Assembly (NCBI GenBank): GCA_051745145.1
Contig: JBNJDT010000051.1
Coordinates: 1 to 10,534 of the forward strand
Origin: Elusimicrobiota bacterium
GTDB taxonomy: Bacteria > CG03 > SLGR01 > JAGXOG01
Direction of reading: 5' to 3'
Length of the DNA: 10,534 nucleotides
Each line of letters opens with the position of its first letter. The stretch's first letter is position 1. This document shows positions 6,852 to 10,534 of the stretch, in pieces. The notes under the pieces were generated by a model that worked only from the letters and a program-made list of their open reading frames with translations, had not been told where the DNA came from and made no database searches. Made by a program: the position numbers and the translations under genes.

Positions 6852-7453
6852 TTTTCTATAAAATTCTCCAATAATTTTAATCCCTTATCCGCACTTTTTT
6901 CGGGATGAAACTGAACCCCCCATATATTATCTCTTATGAGGGCACTTACAAATTTTCGGCCGTATTCAGTTTTTCCCGTTCTTAAGTGGTTATTACTGTT
7001 AGGCACAACATAGTAGGAATGGTCAAAATAAAAAAAAGAACTATCTTCTATTCCGTTAAACATGTGATTTAATCTATTGCTTTCCACCTGATTCCACCCT
7101 ATATGAGGTTTCTTAACCTCTTTAGAAAACTCCTCAACTTCCCCGTCTATTATATTAAATCCGGAAGTACTGCCGTGTTCCTTACTTTTTGTAAAAAGCA
7201 ACTGCAGCCCCAGGCAAATACCCAGGTATGGCTTTCCCGATTCTATAAAAGCTTTCACCGGTTCTATTAAACCCAAATACTCTAAATTATTCATAGCCTT
7301 TCTAAAAGCTCCCACACCCGGCAGTATTATGCCATCGGCTTTTTGAATATCTTTTGGAGAGGAAGAAAGTTTCACCGACGTATTTTTTAAATATTTCAGA
7401 GCATTTGCAACGCTTCTCACATTACCTAACTTGTAATCAACTATAGTAATCAT
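6845..7453 (-). CDS. hisH: Imidazole glycerol phosphate synthase, glutaminase subunit
   Basis: [11 protein letters not shown] start (ATG 7453, not the TTG at 7489), [28 protein letters not shown]. Overlaps the hisF start by 7 bp. Confidence 0.97.
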   Translation of the reverse strand: MITIVDYKLGNVRSVANALKYLKNTSVKLSSSPKDIQKADGIILPGVGAFRKAMNNLEYLGLIEPVKAFIESGKPYLGICLGLQLLFTKSKEHGSTSGFNIIDGEVEEFSKEVKKPHIGWNQVESNRLNHMFNGIEDSSFFYFDHSYYVVPNSNNHLRTGKTEYGRKFVSALIRDNIWGVQFHPEKSADKGLKLLENFIEKC

Positions 7454-7460
7454 AGAACTA

Positions 7461-7506
7461 TATATATCACATAATATTTGAAATTTCAATTTTTTTTAAT
7501 TAGAAT
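7461..7506. promoter_or_regulatory. Overlapping divergent promoters sharing the palindrome TTGAAATTTCAA (7478-7489)
   Basis: Plus strand: TTGAAA-17-TAGAAT (7501-7506). Minus strand: TTGAAA-17-TATATA (7466-7461), preceded by TGa. Confidence 0.6.
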
Positions 7507-7515
7507 TAACCCATT

Positions 7516-8235
7516 ATGATGAATTCAATGAGAAAACATATGAAAAAGGTAATGTGGGTTATAGCTGCGGTTTTTATTACAGGTATTTTCTTCTGGTACG
7601 GATCCGGCAGCGGCATTAAAAATACGGTGGCCGAAGGTGAAAATTTTGAAATAAAAGTTAAGGATTACCGCCAGCGGGTATCCCGCCAGCTACAAAGTGA
7701 AAGACAAAATTCCGACGGCGAACTTTCCGATGATGAAATTTTTAATATACGGCGACAAGTTTTAAGTTCTATGGTAAACGAAGCAATTATTTACAATGCA
7801 GCAAATCAGCTCAAAATTAGCGTCCCCGATGAAGAAATTATCTCTACTATCCGCCGGCTCCCCCAGTTTCAACATGAAGGCCGCTTTAATATGCGTCTTT
7901 ATACCCAGGCTCTTCAGCATTCCATGAATATGAACCCTGCGGAATTTGAAGAAATGATAAGAAAAAATATTACTAATCAAAAAATGGAACGTCTGATACT
8001 GGCCACAGCCAATACAACCTTGCCGGAATTAAAATTATATTATAAAAGTGAAAACGGAAATCTTAACGGATTTGAAGATAAAAAAGAGGAATTGAAAAAT
8101 ACTATTATACAGGAAAAAAGATCGGCTATATACCGAAATTGGATTTCTCAACTTCATAAGAAAGCTGATCTAAATGTAAATCCCGAAGTGGCCAATCTTC
8201 AATCTCAAAGACCGGCGCCGGCCCAGCAGCCCTAA
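7516..8235 (+). CDS. Membrane-anchored SurA N-terminal-domain chaperone (PpiD N-terminus-like, no recognisable rotamase domain)
   Basis: MMNSMRKHMKKVMWVIAAVF TM anchor, VLSSMVNEAII...ISVPDEEI...LPQFQHEGRFN...Y and MNPAEFEE patterns. Confidence 0.88.
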   Translation: MMNSMRKHMKKVMWVIAAVFITGIFFWYGSGSGIKNTVAEGENFEIKVKDYRQRVSRQLQSERQNSDGELSDDEIFNIRRQVLSSMVNEAIIYNAANQLKISVPDEEIISTIRRLPQFQHEGRFNMRLYTQALQHSMNMNPAEFEEMIRKNITNQKMERLILATANTTLPELKLYYKSENGNLNGFEDKKEELKNTIIQEKRSAIYRNWISQLHKKADLNVNPEVANLQSQRPAPAQQP

Positions 8236-8248
8236 TCTGACAAAAAAT

Positions 8249-9325
8249 TTATATTCCCAAATCCCTTAATAATTTCCTTAAAAGCTCCACGGGTAACCCC
8301 ACCACATTGGTATAGCTGCCCTTAATCCACTCCACACTCCTATCCTTCATACCCTGTATAGCATACCCCCCGGCCTTATCCTGATGTTCTTTTTTATATT
8401 TTTCTATCTCTTCTTCACTGAATTCAGCCATTTTTAATTCAGTCTGATCAATTTTTTCTATTATATAGTCATTTTTTTTATCTAATTTTTTAACAGCCAG
8501 GGCCGTATAAACTTTCTGGGTCCTGCCGCTCAAAAGACGGAGCATCTTCTCAGCCTGCTTGGTATTTTCGGGTTTCAATAAAATTTCACCATTTAAATCA
8601 ACCACGGTATCTCCGGCAACCACACATCCCGGAGGTTTAAGAGTGGATGCTACACTTTCAACTTTTTTGCGGGCCTGCCTCAATGCATATTTTTCAGCTT
8701 GTTCTACTTTTTTGGGAATTTCTTCTTCGTAATCCGGCCTTATAGCCAGAACCGGCAAACCGGCGTTTTTAAGAATTTTAATCCGGCGGGGGGAACCAGA
8801 GGCTAAAAATATCCTTCTTTTTGCAAAAACTGCTATGGAAGGTACTATCTTTTTCACTAACAGTCCGTTTACGCCGCCGGTTATTACAGCTGCTATTAAA
8901 ATTACCGGTAAGATATAAAGTATATTTCCGTGTCTTACAAATAATAAGTAGGTCACAAGAATCTGAATCAGATTATGAGCCAAAGCTCCGCAGATACTTA
9001 CCCCCACCACACTCAATTTGCCAAGAGGACGGTATAATCCGGCCATAATCAGGACAGCCCCAATTCCTCCGGTAAAACTCAAATAAAACGACGGAGTCAT
9101 GAAAGTCCCTAAAAGAAACGAACTAAGTAAAATTCTGCCGGCCGCTACTTTTATTCCAAACCTTCCCCCGTACATAACTATCCCTACAAGAGTAACCATA
9201 TTTGCAAGGCCCAGTTTTAACCACGGAAATGGACGGGGCAGCATCCATTCAATACCCTGGAGCACCGAGGCAGCTGCAATAAATAAAGCCAGATAAGCTA
9301 ACTGCTTATTATCTTGAGATTGCAT
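8249..9325 (-). CDS. Fusion of a Gx-transporter / heptaprenyl diphosphate synthase component I-like membrane domain (aa ~1-165) and a Maf (YhdE-type) nucleoside triphosphate pyrophosphatase (aa ~171-358)
   Basis: N-terminal half: IEWMLPRPFPWLKLGLAN, R, SFTGG, SVVGVSICGALAHN..Q, TG. C-terminal half: IFLASGSPRR, AGDTVV, LLKP, LSGR, DKAGGYAIQG, GSYTNVVGLP. Single uninterrupted frame. Confidence 0.92.
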   Translation of the reverse strand: MQSQDNKQLAYLALFIAAASVLQGIEWMLPRPFPWLKLGLANMVTLVGIVMYGGRFGIKVAAGRILLSSFLLGTFMTPSFYLSFTGGIGAVLIMAGLYRPLGKLSVVGVSICGALAHNLIQILVTYLLFVRHGNILYILPVILIAAVITGGVNGLLVKKIVPSIAVFAKRRIFLASGSPRRIKILKNAGLPVLAIRPDYEEEIPKKVEQAEKYALRQARKKVESVASTLKPPGCVVAGDTVVDLNGEILLKPENTKQAEKMLRLLSGRTQKVYTALAVKKLDKKNDYIIEKIDQTELKMAEFSEEEIEKYKKEHQDKAGGYAIQGMKDRSVEWIKGSYTNVVGLPVELLRKLLRDLGI

Positions 9326-9671
9326 CTATACGACTTTTTCTTTCTTTGACCGTTAAAGTCAATTTCTGGGGTACACATACCAAAGTTTGGCCCGAGTTAT
9401 ATGCCGGGCCCTGCTTGATACAGATCTTTTTCGGACACCCGGATTCTGTTGCTCTTATACTGTTGTCCTCTATTTTTAATAACCAATAAATCCCCCCTCC
9501 AATAACTTTTACAGTCTGGTCTTTGCCAAGTTCCCCGTTGTATATTGACTCTCCTCTTAAATTTATTACAAAATTATCCGGACTTTTGTTTACGGTATTT
9601 ATATTGATTAAATATATCACCCCCGCCGCCACAAGTAAAACTGCCGAAAGTAAAATATCTCTTTTAGTCAA
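9309..9671 (-). CDS. NusG domain II-containing protein (DUF1312) with an N-terminal TM anchor
   Basis: KRDILL + hydrophobic helix, then ESGCPKKICIKQG...GQTLVCVPQKL and a C-terminal IDAISR. Usual position between apbE and the Gx gene. TTG start. Confidence 0.9.
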   Translation of the reverse strand: MTKRDILLSAVLLVAAGVIYLININTVNKSPDNFVINLRGESIYNGELGKDQTVKVIGGGIYWLLKIEDNSIRATESGCPKKICIKQGPAYNSGQTLVCVPQKLTLTVKERKSRIDAISR

Positions 9672-9678
9672 TATTTCA

Positions 9679-10534
9679 TCATCTCCAATTTATATCGAGA
9701 TCCGGCGTATTATATTTTTTATTATCCCCTATAATCACACATCCCCTAAACATATCATCCCAGGCCTCGCCTTTTTCTAATCCGGCCACCAGTAAAGCAG
9801 TTGAGAACCCGTCAGCCACAGCACACGATTTGGCAATAACTGTAGCGCTATAAATACCCTGCGCGGGATATCCGGTATCGGGATTAATAATATGGGAATA
9901 CCTCTTACTGTTTTCTTCAAAATAATTTTCATAATCCCCGGAAGTGGCCACAGACATATTCTCTATTTTCAAAATTGCGTTTATCCCTTCCCCCCGGGGG
10001 TTTTTAATACCTATTTTCCAGACTTTATCGCCCCAGGCTTTTATATCACCGCCGGCATCCACCAGCCCCGCATTAATCCCTTTCTCCTTAAAATATTCTA
10101 CTAAACTGTCAACCACCCACCCCTTAGCATATCCCCCCAAATCAAACCGGACATACCCGGGAGCATCTATATTTCCATTTTCATAGTTAACTTTGCGATA
10201 TCCCGTTTTCTCCAACGCCGAATTTAACTTTTCTTCGCTTGGCACTTTAGGATTCTCCCCGTAAAACCCCCATAACTTCAAAACCGGATAAAGAGTGGGA
10301 TCGTAAAAACCTTCTGTATCCCGGGCTAATTCCAGAGATCCTTTTACCAGTTTGTAAAACTTATCGGGAATCCGGCTCTGTTCCCTTAAATTTGAAATTT
10401 CACTATCCATTTCATCAACCTTTTCAAACCCCTGTTCTATTGTCTTTTGGGGAACTCCTTCAGGTAGAGTGACAGTGACATATGTATTCATACTAAAATT
10501 TGTATGTTTCTGGAAATTTCTATCTGAGTCCCGG
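9679..10534 (-). CDS. apbE: FAD:protein FMN transferase (ApbE), 5'-truncated by the window edge
   Basis: TEGFYDPT, LWGF, FDLGGYAKGWVVD, VDAGGDI, WKIGIKNP, VATSGDYE, YSHIINPDTGYP, ADGFSTA. The frame stays open upstream of ATG 10491 to the edge (RDSDRNFQKHTNFS-MNT). Confidence 0.96.
   Translation of the reverse strand, partial: RDSDRNFQKHTNFSMNTYVTVTLPEGVPQKTIEQGFEKVDEMDSEISNLREQSRIPDKFYKLVKGSLELARDTEGFYDPTLYPVLKLWGFYGENPKVPSEEKLNSALEKTGYRKVNYENGNIDAPGYVRFDLGGYAKGWVVDSLVEYFKEKGINAGLVDAGGDIKAWGDKVWKIGIKNPRGEGINAILKIENMSVATSGDYENYFEENSKRYSHIINPDTGYPAQGIYSATVIAKSCAVADGFSTALLVAGLEKGEAWDDMFRGCVIIGDNKKYNTPDLDINWR

Noticed and set aside
7454..7489. N-terminal extension of HisH from TTG 7489
   Set aside because: HisH proteins begin at the MI.IVDY motif (ATG 7453), and the TTG is part of the -35 palindrome.
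4862..10186. Remaining short track ORFs (4862-5107, 6223-6432, 6619-6861, 7762-7980, 8821-9048, 9099-9296, 9523-9780, 9892-10104, 9944-10186)
   Set aside because: All lie antisense to well-supported genes and have no recognisable motifs.

Overview
AT-rich bacterial chromosomal window, probably diderm, made mostly of housekeeping and envelope genes. On the minus strand (left) lie a PIG-L deacetylase, a WecA/TagO-type GT4 transferase, a K/E-rich coiled-coil protein, an ExeA-like AAA+ ATPase, a 56-aa two-TM protein missed by the ORF track, and the 5' end of a gene running off the left edge. In the centre are tRNA-Arg(UCU) on the minus strand and a ~300-bp mosaic of shuffled short palindromic modules directly upstream of it. 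To the right are a class I aminotransferase (+), hisH-hisF (-), a SurA N-terminal-domain protein (+), and an apbE / NusG-domain-II / Gx-transporter cluster (-) whose last gene is fused in frame to a complete Maf pyrophosphatase domain. The most unusual items are the hairpin mosaic in the tRNA leader and the Gx-transporter::Maf fusion. All calls come from reading and motif recognition; no searches were run.
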